DNA of 25,651 nt from Paraspadella gotoi (GCA_051294375.1 JBJCIZ010000218.1:6257-31907), one strand, 5' to 3'; shown: positions 9,541 through 21,420, counted from the stretch's first letter. Notes: generated by a model not told the origin, from the sequence alone. Made by a program: numbers and translations.

Positions 9541-10499
9541 TCCTCAACAGAATGACCGCTCAGGTTCACAGCCATTGTCCGGAGAAAAGAGTCACATTCT
9601 AGTAGTTTGGATGAAAGGCAAAATTGGGGACTGGTTAAATGACGGTTCCGCCTAAGAGCTCCCAAAAGGTTAAATGCTTCATTAAAAACACTATATTAGA
9701 TAATAAGATAAGAATAATTATATTTATATTACATGCTATATATTTATAATCGTTATATTCCTGGGTTTACATTTCTTCGTCTTTATAATCTCATTCTTTC
9801 TCTTGAGAAACGGGAGCAAAGTAAAGCGCCGATCTCAAATCCTCTGGGACGTCGAGTCTTTCCTTGCCTTACAGCTACTATCATACACCGCCACGAGAGC
9901 CAATACAATGATAAACAAAATATGTAAATAAGTGCCGGAATGACTTAGGATCACAGCAGAAAAAATAACATGAAAAAATAAAAGAATCATAAAAAAATGT
10001 TGATTCATAAGCCGTGGTTAGCCATGGCTTTCGGAATGGTTTTGCAGCAATGTGCGTTTGGGCCTCTAAATAATAAATCATAAATTGTAGATTTTATTGA
10101 TACTGGATCCGAATATTCTGATGACTAATGATTCTGATGACCTAAATTAACAAAATCTACTATGAAAATTATTAACTATTAAAAATTTTATAAATTACTT
10201 TCACTAAACTAATAGTTTTTTACTTTAATTGAAAAATACAAGCAAATTTATGGAACGCCATAAAACCAGTCCACTTTGGGTCAATCGCCGCGGTCGCCGC
10301 CAGGGCCCTGGCGTTATTGAACTAGAACTTTAGTTAGGGTAGTGCGGGGTAATTCGGAACACTGACATGAAATAAAATTTTTTAAAAATGTGTTTAAGTA
10401 TTTTATATTTTTTGGGGTTCATTTAATATTTCAGCAACTTGACTTTCCATTATTAAAGTTATAGCATTTGGCTGCTGCTGCAGCAAGCAAATTCAGAGC

Positions 10500-11032
10500 T
10501 GCTAGTCAAATTTCGTCTGAGTAGTCGTTTTTCAAGCCTCTGTCTGGAAAGAAATAATAGAAAGGAAAGAAATATAGAAAGGAAAAAAAGAATAGAAAGG
10601 AAAGAAAGAATAGAGAAGAAAGAAAGAAAGAAAAGAAAGAAAGAATAGAAAAGAAAGAAAGAAAGAAAAGAAGGAAAAAAGAATAGAAAGGAAAAAAAGA
10701 ATAGAAAGGAAAAAAAGAATAGAAAGGAAAAAGAATAGAAGGAAAAAAGAATAGAAAGGAAAAAAGAATAGAAAGGAAAAAAGAATAGAAGGAAAAAAAG
10801 AATAGAAAGGAAAAAAGAATAGAAAGGAAAGAAAGAAAGAGAAGGAAAGAAAGAATAGAAAGGAAAGAAAGATAGAAAGGAAAGAAAGATAGAAAGGAAA
10901 GAAAGATTAGAAAAGGAAAAAGAATGATGAAGAGAAGGATATAAAAGTATAAAAAAAATAAAAAAATAATAAGAAGAGAAGAAAAAATGAGAAAAGAATA
11001 TCGTCGCAAACGCAAAGATTGCGACGATAATT
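10500..11032 (-). mobile_element. Family B HINE-like element nested in the MITE, with a purine-rich internal repeat
   Basis: Terminal hairpin (minus strand) TTATCGTCGCAATCTTTGCGTTTGCGACGAT, also seen at 15892-15928 and degenerately at 9172-9200, followed by an AGAATAGAAAGGAAA-type array. The other end is approximate. Confidence 0.5.
10547..10997 (+). repeat. Purine-rich low-complexity tandem repeat
   Basis: Repeated AGAATAGAAAGGAAAA(A) and GAAA units. Confidence 0.9.
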
Positions 11033-11649
11033 AGTCAAAAATACTATAAATAACAAAATATATACAAATTTTGTATCTATTGTCATTCAATAATTTATCA
11101 AAACTGAGAACATGATAGTAAAAATCATTTTAAGCACTTAAAAATATAATATTTTCAATTTTTTATACATAAAACATTATTGAAAAGCTCTATGCTCTTA
11201 CTAACTTTTAAAAATAAATTTACTATGCGAAAAATTTTATTATTCCAAAAGTGTTCCGAATTTCCCCGCACTACCCTATTATATTCCGGTCGAAGGCGAA
11301 GGAGGCGTCGCTGAGATCAGGTCCGTTTCCTGTTCTCTGATAAAAGTAAAAAAGTTTGATCTGTATTTAGAAACAAACATTATACAATAGATCTTCCAGG
11401 ATTATCAAACATTATAGAAAGTTCTTGATTCTCGCAAAGTTTCTCATTCCAAATTTACCTGAAAATTTTTTTCCGAATGCTCTTTATGGACTTTCCGCGC
11501 CACTTTTGGCGCAAACCACTTCCGGTTAAAATAGATACAGATTTGATAGATTTTGCTAGCACACTTAGTAAATTAATCAAAATATATTTACTTATAACCC
11601 TAATACTTAATTATTTTGTTTTGGTTCATAATGGTTTTTTTATTAAATA

Positions 11650-11800
11650 ACCGGAGGCAAGTCATTCGCCTGCCAACCCAAAGGTCCGGGGTTCTAGCCC
11701 CGTGGTCGCTTAGCAGTTAAGAGGGAAGGGGAGCTTAACCCGCCTGTAACATGGTCCGAAGCTCAGGGACTGCCTACATTGAACGGTTCTGTCATTAACA
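11650..11800 (+). mobile_element. tRNA-derived SINE copy
   Basis: CCAACCCAAAGG...GGTTCTAGCCC...AAGAGGGAAGGGGAGCTTAACCCGCCTGTA...TCCGAAGCTC matches the 21108 copy. Confidence 0.65.
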
Positions 11801-11846
11801 CTTATCAATAATTACTGTCTCTTCACAACGAATTTTAGTTATTAAA

Positions 11847-11888
11847 AACGGACATGTTTTGGCTTTAATACAAGCCTTCTTCAGCGCT
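11847..11888 (-). ncRNA. Minimal type I hammerhead ribozyme-like motif (Penelope-type), GAAA mutated
   Basis: AGCG-CTGAAGA-A-GGCTT gtatta AAGCC-AAAAC-ATGTC-CGTT; stems I and II can pair. Confidence 0.6.
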
Positions 11889-13881
11889 AAATTTGGAATA
11901 AGAAACTTTGCAAGAACCAACTACTTTTCTAAAGTAGGATATTTTTGGAAGCCCTATTATACAACATCACAGCTGCACCAAGTTGGATTTATAGTTTTAA
12001 AAACTAACTCGATATTTTTAAGTTAATGACGAAAAAATAAGAAAAAAATGAAAGATCGTGTTATGTTCTCTGAGATACTAAAGGACATTTAAGCTGATTT
12101 TTGCAGCTTTAAGTATTGAAATTGCTGCTTCTATTACTGCAGCTAACTGGAAAAAATTAAGCTATCCGTATGAGACAAAATTCGGATGAATCTGCACTTG
12201 GTCGAATTTCTAAACAAAGTTACGTTCAGGATGAAAGGGGTAACAAACTAGAAAAACCAAAATTTCAAAAATCTAACAGGATTTTTGAAAAAATTTTAAA
12301 AGCGTTACGCAATTTGCGATCGTTATTTCGATAAATTGAATATGAAATTATGAATAGGACAAAAAACCAAAAGTAATACAGACATCAGTAATGATTTGAT
12401 GTTTACTCTACGCTATAAATGATTTTCTATACACGGTTAATTCAGTGAGGATTTTATCTTTTTAGCAAAACTCGAGACTATAATAATCTAATTAAAAATA
12501 CTAAAAAGCACATTTACTATAACAAAAGTTTAAAAATCTTAAAGCAACAAAAGATCATTTTACAATTTTTTTTACTTTTTAACTTGAGATGAAATAAATT
12601 AGCAAACAATGATTCTTAAACAAATTAAATAATATCAATAATACTGCAGCATATCACATGTTTTTTAATATTACACACGAGAAAAATCATGGATACGTAA
12701 TGTGGCAATCTTTTACAAATATCAATACGATGCACAAACTTCAAAATCAATTGTTATCATATATACCATAACAGTGAAAATAGGGATTTCACCTGACAAC
12801 ATTTCGTATAGACTGAAATAAAACTTATTTGTGTACAGCAAGCAAATCCACAAAGACAAGCGAGGAGCAAACTTAAAGTTCAGTCAGTAATTAGCAAACC
12901 AATAAACAGAGTTTACTCCATACGTAAGGTTTGCTTTTAACAGAAAAACCGCGCTTGCGTTAACGTTAAGAAAAATTCATTGGCAACAGTAGGAAGAATC
13001 TTGAACTTTGGCAAGGCTTCGTAATTAAGATCATGCAATCAAATATTGCTACAGAGAATAGGCAAATCAAGACTTCGTTATAATGGTGTGAAGAAAACTA
13101 TGGCTCTGAGATCATATTTAAAATACAAAGCATTCGAAAAGATTGAGAGGGGATAATTACATTAAAAACATTTGGCATCCTTGAGAATGTTAAGCAAAAA
13201 ACGAAGTAAGAAAACTAGTTTTGACGTTTCTTCCTGTGAGATATCAATATGTACGCCGGCATTACAAACCTGTTAAATGCTGTTGCCGGAGTTTATGTGG
13301 TTTTTTTCCCCAAAAAAATTATTTAAAGGCCTAAATATCATTGAGCTCGAGTTCTTCTCTACAAAAAATTCATATTAATGAATATTAATGGGATAATTGG
13401 ACTTGCCTCTGCTGCTAATCGAAAGAGAATGTTGGTGTTCTTTTAGCTTAAACTAAACGGGCAGAAAAAAGCTACGATTTACAGAAGACGGGGCAGGAAA
13501 ACGGTTAACACAGAACAGTCTAAATTAAAATAGGGGAAGTACGATAAAACCAAAAAGGGAGGACGAAACCAGACAGCCATCATGAATGTCCAGTGAGGAG
13601 AAAACAAAATCGCGAATCAGGTTAGATTTGGGATTAATCGCCAACCGTTCGGCAATTGGCGGCCTTGTGCCCTCCTTGCCGGCATCTATAACACGCCATA
13701 TCTCCACCGGAAATATGCGACCTGTAAGGATGTGTTCGGACATTTCCAGGCCGACTATTTCCAACAACAAATGGATTTCCGGAATAGGGCCTAAAAAAAA
13801 CTACTATATAAACAAAGTATATAAAAAATTGCAAGATAAATGTATGTTATAATTTTTTTAACATTTTAAAAATTATAGTAC

Positions 13882-14573
13882 TTGAACGAGTTCAGTTTTG
13901 GCTGCGGCAGTGGCGGCGCGGACCATTTTTTCTCCTTATCTGATTTCCGACTATCGCCAGGGTGGGTTTTCCGCCCGGGGCCGCTTGCCTGCCGAAAACT
14001 TTTAAAATTTAAAAATTTTTTAAAAAAAATTTTAAAATAATTCTTTTTAAATAGTTTTTCAAAAGCCGCCAAAACCGCGGTTGTCAAAAGTAAAATTTAG
14101 CTAAAATATTTCATTTTAGATACTTAATTTTTATTATTACTTCTTCCCTTATGAAGATTAAAATTATAAACCACCAAAGCCTGTTCAAAGTCAGGGGCAA
14201 GATATTATCCATTCATTTAATAAATAATCTATCTTGCCTCTGACTTTGAAGAGGCTTTGGTGGTTTATAATTTTAATCTTTGAAAATTCATAAGGGAAAA
14301 AGTAATAATAAAAATTAGGTATCTAAAATGAAATATTTTGGCTAAATTTTACTTTCAACGACCGCGGTTTTGGCGGCTTTTGAAAAACCATAAAAATTAT
14401 TTTTTAATTTGATTTATTTTAGAGAGGAAACGAAAAATTCTAAATTTTACTTATTTAAATTTTTCGGCAGGCAAGCGGCCCTGGGCGGAAGACCCTGGCG
14501 ATAGTCGAAAATCAGATAAGGAGAAAAAATGGACCGTGCCGCCATTGCCGCAGCCAAAACCGAAATCGTTCAA
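13882..14573. mobile_element. Foldback/MITE element made almost entirely of long inverted repeats
   Basis: Arms ~13882-14204 and ~14230-14573 are reverse complements (TTGAACGAGTTCAGTTTTGGCTGCGGCA... / ...TGCCGCAGCCAAAACCGAAATCGTTCAA) around a ~25-bp loop. Partial copy at ~22430-22490. Confidence 0.85.
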
Positions 14574-14789
14574 TAAAAATATTTGGCGGGAGACTTACGA
14601 AAAAAGCACTCCATGAATCATGAAACCCGATGGTCCACTTCCACCACTGTTCCGTGACTGCCTAAATAGGAGGGACAGAGGGAAAAAATCGGCAATGGGA
14701 CAAGAGGGAAAAAAGGGGAATAATAAGATTACTTCTTTTACTAAACCTTTAAATACATTAATGTTCATTAGTACAACATTGTTTATTCC

Positions 14790-15258
14790 TCACTGGTAAT
14801 GGCGATGAGGTTGGCGAAAATCGATTGTTGGACGACGGGCAGTGCCATTTCCTGAGTCTTCGGCCGAATTATTACCGGACGATTCTGCATCTGGTGCATC
14901 TGTGACAACTACCGCTGAATCCACAGCTGGTGGGTCCGTGATGCTACGCCAAATCGGCAGCCCGGTCCGTCACGGCTACCGCCAAACGGCGCCGCGGGTC
15001 CGTCACGGCTACCGCCGAATTGGCAGCCGGCGGTCCGTCACGGCTATCGCCGAATCGGCAGCCGCGGGTCCGTCACGGCTACTGCCGAATTGGCAGCTGG
15101 CGTCTCAGATTGAGTTGGCAACGGATTCTTCGCAGTGACATTCAGTGAATTCTCAATCGGATCCTCGGCACTGACGTTCGGCGAGAGAGGAACAGAGGGA
15201 GACACACCACTGGCGGCGGACGACATGGCAGATGCCTCCTTTTGGTCGCCACTCACAA
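14790..15258 (-). pseudogene. Terminal exon encoding a Ser/Thr/Pro/Ala-rich protein with 12-aa repeats (PAANSAVAVTDP), frameshifted
   Basis: Acceptor TTTTGCATTAG at 15259-15269. Reads VSGDQKEASAMSS...ETPAANSAVAVTDP and resumes TDPPAVDSAVVVTDAPDAESSGNNSAEDSGNGTARRPTIDFRQPHRHYQ*, with AATAAA 2 nt after the stop. Repeat units at ~14925-15100 carry small deletions, possibly sequencing errors. Confidence 0.5.
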
Positions 15259-15299
15259 CTAATGCAAAAATTAAAATTTTAGTTAAAAAAAGCTTAAGG

Positions 15300-15928
15300 A
15301 TTGACGACAAATTTTGATACTATAAAAAACAAATTTGAGAAAAGAAAATAAATCTATAAACAGATGGAAAAAAAAAGAAAAGAATAAATATAAAGAAAGA
15401 ATAGAAAGCGAGAGAAAGAAAAAGGGAAAGAAAAAAAGAAGAAAGAAAGAAAGAGAAAAAAAGAAATAAAGATAGAGAAAGAAAGAAAAAAAAGAGAAAG
15501 AAAGAGCGAAAGAAAGAAAAAAAAATAAAGAAAGAAAAAAAGAAATAAAGAGAAAGAGAAAAAGAAAAAAGAGAAAGAAAAAAGAGAGAAAGAAAAAAGA
15601 GAAAAAGAAAAAAGAGAAAAAGAAAAAAGAGAAAAAGAGGGAGATGAAAAAAATCAAATTTGTACAAACTTGGCTAAATAAATAAGTAAACAAAGTAATT
15701 AAACAAATAAGTAATTAAATAAATTAATAAATAGTTAATAAATAAATAATTAAGTAATTAAACAAAGTAATTAAATAAATTAATAAATAGTTTGGTAAAT
15801 GAATAAATAATTATTTAAATCAATAAATGACGACGACGACCCGGATGACGCCGACGATGACTACGCAACTTTTGTGCAAAATCACAGCAAAATCGTCACA
15901 AACGCAAAGCGATTGCGACGATAAAAAA
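15300..15928 (-). mobile_element. Family B HINE-like element with GAAA-rich and TAAA-rich tracts
   Basis: Same terminal hairpin (plus strand ATCGTCACAAACGCAAAGCGATTGCGACGATAAAA), (GAC)n microsatellite and low-complexity tracts at 15338-15650 and 15675-15827. Confidence 0.5.
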
Positions 15929-16154
15929 TAACACTAGCTGTACTAGTTGTACCCTAGTAACAGTTCAGTTTAATCCCTTGGCCTTGCAAGTGATCTACAT
16001 GCTAGAAACCACGCTTGGACCCAGGAGGCAGCGGCGCCCGAAAGTTAATACAGTGCGACTCAATGGTACTGTCGGTTAATAAAAGCTTACTGCTACTATA
16101 CCAGAACGAAAAACTTAAATTTATTATTGAAGAGACAGTAATAATTTTTAAGAG

Positions 16155-16250
16155 GTAGTGACAGAACCATTCAATATAAGCAGTCCGAGCTTCGGATCAG
16201 GCTATAACACTGTTACAAGCGGGTTAAGCGCCCCGTCCCTCTTAACTGAA
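16155..16250 (-). mobile_element. SINE body fragment (5'-truncated)
   Basis: Minus strand CAGTTAAGAGGGACGGGGCGCTTAACCCGCTTGTAAC...TTGAATGGTTCTGTCA matches 11714-11794. Confidence 0.65.
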
Positions 16251-16296
16251 AACAAGAAAACAAGAAAAGTCAAACTAAAAAAAACAAAGCCAATGT

Positions 16297-16745
16297 GGGT
16301 CATTTTTACTTTCGGAGACCGTAACTAACTAAAAAAATATTTTTGCAGATTTCGTATTAATCAAAAGTAACGTAAGGAGTTTTATTTCATTTTTTTTTAA
16401 AACATTCTTTGTTGAGGGGAGATTAGGGTTTAGTGGTGGTTAGGGGAGATTAGGGTTTAGGGTTTAGGGTAGGTTTAGGGGAGATTAGGGTTAGGGGTGG
16501 TTAGGGGAGATTAGGGTTTAGGGTAGTTAGGGGAGATTAGGGTTTAGGGGTGGTTACTGGTTAGGGTTAATGGTAGTTAGGGTTAGGTTAGTAGAGTGAT
16601 GTAAAAATAATATAATTTTATAAAATTAAAATTTTGCATATAGAACATAAAAATAAAAACCAATATCCCTATCTAAATATGTCGATCATACGAAGCTATA
16701 AACAAATAACCGACCAAAAAATTGGAGTCTCCGAATGTAAAATTT
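16297..16745. mobile_element. Unclassified MITE containing a TTAGGG-like array
   Basis: TIR-like ATTTTTACTTTCGGAGAC / GTCTCCGAATGTAAAATT; internal degenerate TTAGGG/GGGGAGATTAGGG array at 16417-16590. Related partial copy at ~21535-21714 ending CGAATGTAAAAATAAGCC. Confidence 0.6.
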
Positions 16746-17512
16746 AATTAAATTTAATTAAAACAGTAATTACGTTTATTGAGCGAAGGCAGCTTGCCTT
16801 TTAATGCTACAACAAAAAAAATAAAAATTAACTGCAACACCAAAAATTTTGAAAAAAGGATGGTCATATGCAGTTACAACATAGTTTTACCATAATAAAA
16901 TGTTAATATAATAAAACTTACTTTGGCTATAGGATTTTTTCATTCTTGTATCTGAAAATAAACCAAATATTTGTTATTTGCAGTAAAACGTCAACAGATA
17001 ATATAATACAAACAAGGTGGGTTCATATACAGTGCACTGACATTGAAACCATCAGTTGATCGCTACAGACCTCAATGACAACCAGGCAACTCGAGGAGCG
17101 CAAGCGGGACCGGCAACTGAAGTGGTAGAAGCGGCAGCGAAGAGGAGCTACTTGGGTTTTAAAAAGAAAATCAGGTGAAGTTACGATTCTCAGCGCTAAA
17201 GAAGGAAACCTGAAAGAGACAACAGACAGCAAATTTGATGTGGACACACCTTCTCGTAGAGTAAGCAAAGCAAATAATACAGTTAGTAACATTTGTGGAA
17301 AAATTAGGCGGAAAATTATTATAGTAATATTATTATAGTAAAAAATATATTTTTAGCCATAATTATTCGCAAAGGGAAAAAGTAATAAGACGCAATAGAT
17401 CACAAAGTATTAAATGGCTCTCTCTTATATCCATTCCAAAATGTGAATGAGAAATGTTTACACTATTCATACAATATTAAAGTCTTTTGTTTACATGCAG
17501 CTTCTGCATTAT

Positions 17513-17566
17513 TTGGTCAACTGGTATAATTTTGTCAACTGGTATAACTTGGTCAACTGGCATAAT
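17513..17566 (+). repeat. 18-bp tandem repeat x3
   Basis: TTGGTCAACTGGTATAAT-type units adjacent to the family A 5' end. Confidence 0.85.
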
Positions 17567-17593
17567 TCAATGTTCTGATATGATAAAAATTAT

Positions 17594-17671
17594 TTACCGA
17601 CAAGATTTTGGAGTGGGCCCGACCGACGGACCGACAGAGTCGGAATCTGCGACAAGCAGATCCGAATAAAA
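17594..17671 (-). mobile_element. Family A HINE-like element, 5' end, reverse orientation
   Basis: Minus strand reads TTTTATTCGGATCTGCTTGTCGCAGATTCCGACTCTGTCGGTCCGTCGGTC, matching 7518-7597 and 668-730. Confidence 0.65.
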
Positions 17672-19057
17672 ATGGCTTAAATTTTTTTTTTCAGGAAGTG
17701 AAATTTATCTAAAAGTTAAAACGCAATAATGTCTTTACTATATAAAAAACATTTTATAACTAATTTTATTAAACTCGAATTTCTTTAACCGTTCATCTTA
17801 TATCGAGTTCTAGCTCATCTTAAAGAGGACATCGATTATCTGATGTTTATAATAACTTAAAGGTAAAGAGTTGCAGAGAAGAATCAGGCTGGCAAAATAA
17901 TGCGGTAGAGCACTCCGATTTTTACACCGCCATTCAATATATCATTCATCAAAAGTAGATTAAACTAGTAACCACAACTCGCGACTTTGTACACTAAAAA
18001 CGACAGAATTGTTTTTATCTAGTTATATCCACAAAATTAGATATCTAACACTAAATAGCCAATTAAAAAAAAACTACTTTACTAAGAAATCCACAATGCT
18101 CTTTAGCAGGAAAAATAAATTATCCAAAGCTTTCTAATTAAACAAAAAACATTCCTAAAAGTTGTACAAAGTAATATTGTACGATTTGAATAAGCCAAAG
18201 ACTGGTAGAATTAGCACCAAATCAGGTTAAAATAAAAATCAAATCAAGATAAAAAAATGAATAAACAATCACAACGTATTCAATAATGAATAAAAGAAAA
18301 CAGTAATAAGTTTGCTATTGCAAATGGCGCAATATACATCCATGCTATCCGAAAAGGACAAGAAGCGCCGCAACACGTTTCATCTGCGAAATCATTGCAT
18401 TATGTCATCCACCTAAAAAAAATGATAATTAAATGTAATAAGGTTAAGACAGGTTAATCCAGCTGTTGCCATAATCTCTCCTTTTCACAAAAAAGAAAAG
18501 TGATTAAGTGATTCGGTCTCACCATAGATGATGCATCAGAGTCGTCGGCGTTGATCAACTCTCAACATGTTTTCGAATTATGTAATCCGTTCTGAGGGAG
18601 ACAAAGAAAACTCAATCAAAATTTTGAGCAAAAAAGCTCGACTCACGAATTAAGAGATATATTTGGTAAAAGTGATCTTATTTTCATCATCATCATAAAA
18701 TCATCCAAAAAAACCTAAAATATCCATCGACGAGATCGAGGTGTCACCCGTGCCGTTCGCGCCGCATCTTGAGGTCGCGCCAACGAGTCACCGCTCGGAC
18801 GAGACGCCGCGTAGGGTTGATCAGCCACACCTGCTCGTTGTGGGTGTTTAGAGGGAGGAGTCCAAAAATAAGTAGCACGAAAAAAGATGGTAGAAGCATA
18901 ATTTACCTAACGCTTTGATTTAGAGGGCCCTAGCGCTTCATTAGTTAGTTTAATTTTTGCACTTTATAAATTTTAAATCCAGTTAAATATCGAGTGTTGA
19001 AATAAGAGATTAAAATTGATGCGATAAACCTTTCGTTTTCGTTGTTATTAGGATATA

Positions 19058-19207
19058 GAGAAATGCAAAGTTTTTGAAATTGGTACAACGAATTTATTTG
19101 AAAATACGGACATGTTTTGGCTCACATTTTCAAGCCTTCATCAGCCGAAACATGTCCATATTTTCAAATAAATTCGTTGTACCAATTTCAAAAACTTTGC
19201 ATTTCTC
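19058..19207. repeat. 150-bp palindrome centred on a hammerhead motif (Penelope-like terminal remnant)
   Basis: 65-bp arms 19058-19122 and 19143-19207 with 2 mismatches. Minus strand has CTGATGAAGGCTT...AGCCAAAACATGTCC; plus strand has AGCCGAAACATGTCC. Confidence 0.8.
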
Positions 19208-19577
19208 GGGATTAAAATTTAAATGACAAATTTCGGAGTTTTAATCGAGATTTTACTTTTAAACAATTGAACCGCGCGTTGAAAAATGGGTCATTGACCC
19301 AAGATCCGAGACTACTACTTAGGCAACAAATGTTTGTTTTTCATTGTAAATTAAAAATGCTTGTTTGTGAAAAAGCAAACTTATTTTAAACGCTGATAAA
19401 GACTCGAAAAACATCTCTCCTTTTCTTCTATGATAACCTGAAGGTCGAAGGCAAATCCCCGTCGGTTTCGAGGAAGTCCTAAAATCGGGATCCATTCATA
19501 AAACAGGATGCGCCGCGTGCGGTTGAAGCGTTCCATGGCTCGCGACGACGCTCGAACTCCTGGTATAAAGCGAATAA

Positions 19578-20316
19578 GAAACTATATATCCAGCTCAATC
19601 ACACACAAAATTTCATTCCAATCCATCAATCCAATCACGAGTAATTGGTGATTTTTGCTAAGGTGGAACGGACGGACAGACGGACATTTATTTTGCATAA
19701 TTGTTCTGAGTCGAGTCTGCAAAGTCACTAACAAATCCCAATTACTCGTGAATGGATGGATGGATTGGAATGAAATTTTGTGTGTGGGTAGGGAAGTGTG
19801 TGATTGAGCTGGATATGAAGTTTCGATGGAATCGTGCGAATGGAAAAGTTTAAATGGAAAAAAAAACTTTCACTATTTGAACGCCAATTACTTATAAGTG
19901 GATTGGGCGATTGACTTGAAATTTTGTATGTGGGTAGGAAAGTATGTGATTAAGCTGGAAATCAAAATTCAATGGAATCGTCTGAGTGAAAATGAATTTA
20001 AATGGAAAAAACAAAAAACCTGTTTCACTTATTGATTATGCTTCTTTTTCTTTTTATATTAAATGTAAATGCAAGATGTATTAATCAACCAAAATAATTA
20101 ATCAGTTAATCAATTAGTCAATTAATAAATAATTAATTAGTCAATCAATTTATTTATAAATTAATTATTTAATCAATCAAGTCAATCGTTATCAGCATTA
20201 TTGTCGTCGCCTAAAAACAAACATTTTAAATTAATTAATTTATTAAATTATTATTTTAGTTTATATAGTTTGAATTAATTAATTACCGCTAATAATCGTG
20301 GACAGATCCGACATTG
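19578..20316 (+). mobile_element. Rearranged DINE/HINE-like element with internal inversion, ~145-bp tandem units and a family A 3' end
   Basis: GGAC microsatellite at 19667-19685; inverted arms ~19578-19660 and ~19730-19824; direct units ~19772-19865 and ~19918-20010; TAAT-rich tract; AATTACCGCTAATAATCGTGGACAGATCCGACATTG matches 811-845. Confidence 0.5.
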
Positions 20317-21107
20317 AAAAAAAAAAAAGATTGAGCAAACAAATTCAGAGAGCTGGAAAAAATAAATAAAAAATATTGGGCAACTTTACTATTCAACGTC
20401 CTCAACCGACTGGCAACCAAGGGTCGGTGCTTTGTTAATCCATTTAATTTTTTTTCCTCTTTAGTGTCGAGTCTCAGTTTGCGCAATAATATGCATTTTT
20501 TTGTTTAATAATACTAATTTTATAATAAATAATAATAGTTTTAAATTTATTTTAATTGCTATTTTTATGTTTGAGGTAGAAAATGAATTGTTTATGTACG
20601 AGTTTTATAAAGAAACAAATTTCAGACATCTTTCTGCTTCAATGTAAGCTTTAATCAGCGCAAAAACGAATTGATTTGTGAAACAAATATTTTCAGACAC
20701 TTTCTCTCTCGCTCCTGAAGAAACCCCTCCAGGACCCGGGGGGGGGGGGTAGACGGAAAAAGACGTATAGCCTCAAACGGACTGAAAACCCCGAGACCAA
20801 TGGCGCGGCATATGTTTATTTTAAATGCTTATTTTTGAAAGTCACTTGATTCCCGTTCTAATATTTAGTACCTTAATAAAATAATCAAAGCATATAGATA
20901 TACAATATAATCAATGAAATACTAACTAATAATCAAATGATTAATCATAGGAAGCAATATTAAATCCACTAAGCATCCACAAACGTTTATTATTTTAGAG
21001 AAGAGTCCCGTTTCAACGCAGAATTGTAAATAATCGCGAGAGACAAGTTATGAGACGAAATTCGATATTGTAGCGGTAGTATTTCATACCCTGCTACTCG
21101 TCCGAGA

Positions 21108-21290
21108 ATCAGCAGCACCTATGGCGCCGGGGGTAGCACGAACTCCTCCCAACCCAAAGGACTCGGGTTCGAGCCCTGCTGATTCACACAAGTAAAAGCG
21201 GGACGGGGCGTCTAACCCACCTGTAGTGTCGGACTACAGCCCGATCCGAAGTTCGGGACCTTGTGTGCAACGGTCGGTAAACTGCTCGCG
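21108..21290 (+). mobile_element. tRNA-derived SINE
   Basis: A box TGGCGCCGGGGG (21122-21133), B box GGTTCGAGCCC (21166-21176), acceptor-like stem ATCAGCAG/CTGCTGAT, and a body shared with three other copies. Confidence 0.7.
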
Positions 21291-21420
21291 GCATCGTCTT
21301 CCACAATATCTCTCTTAACCTAGGCAAAAGAGCATCCGAGTTGTAGATATTCGTCTGGACTTTACACTCCTTCAAACTTCAAAGTCTGTTAAAATATTTA
21401 TTTCACAAATTAATTCGTTT

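Larger units (their letters stand above)
863..10325 (-). mobile_element. Putative large MULE/NOF-like DNA transposon carrying protease-fused transposase and SGNH cargo (boundaries approximate)
   Basis: Inferred from the transposase motifs and three co-oriented intronless ORFs. No TIR or TSD identified by eye. Confidence 0.45.
10337..11276. mobile_element. Tc1/mariner-pogo-type MITE with 27-bp TIRs and TA target-site duplication
   Basis: TA|GGGTAGTGCGGGGTAATTCGGAACACT ... AGTGTTCCGAATTTCCCCGCACTACCC|TA (26/27 match). Confidence 0.85.

Noticed and set aside
10116-10141. Two CTGATGA words resembling hammerhead cores
   Set aside because: A short local duplication with no stem II followed by GAAA.
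863-10330. Terminal inverted repeats for the large transposon
   Set aside because: Only short local inversions were found (e.g. ATGAGCGCA/TGCGCTCAT at ~990 and ~1146); no convincing pair flanks the ORF cluster.
10506-11015. 169-aa Phe/Leu/Ser-rich ORF
   Set aside because: Translation of a stop-free low-complexity repeat.
14925-15100. CRISPR-like ~35-bp repeats
   Set aside because: Units are directly tandem with no spacers, the context is eukaryotic and there are no cas genes.
15283-15693. Phe-rich ORFs 15283-15693 and 15320-15667
   Set aside because: Low-complexity artefacts of the purine tract.
16417-16590. True telomere
   Set aside because: Degenerate, short, internal and enclosed by TIR-like ends.
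17023-17292. Exon-like GC-richer patch (similar patches at 13525-13850 and 18720-18860)
   Set aside because: Plausible splice sites or frames occur on both strands with no recognisable protein, so no call can be supported.
21108-21183. Functional tRNA gene
   Set aside because: The anticodon arm pairs poorly and the downstream body is shared with dispersed copies, so it is a SINE head.
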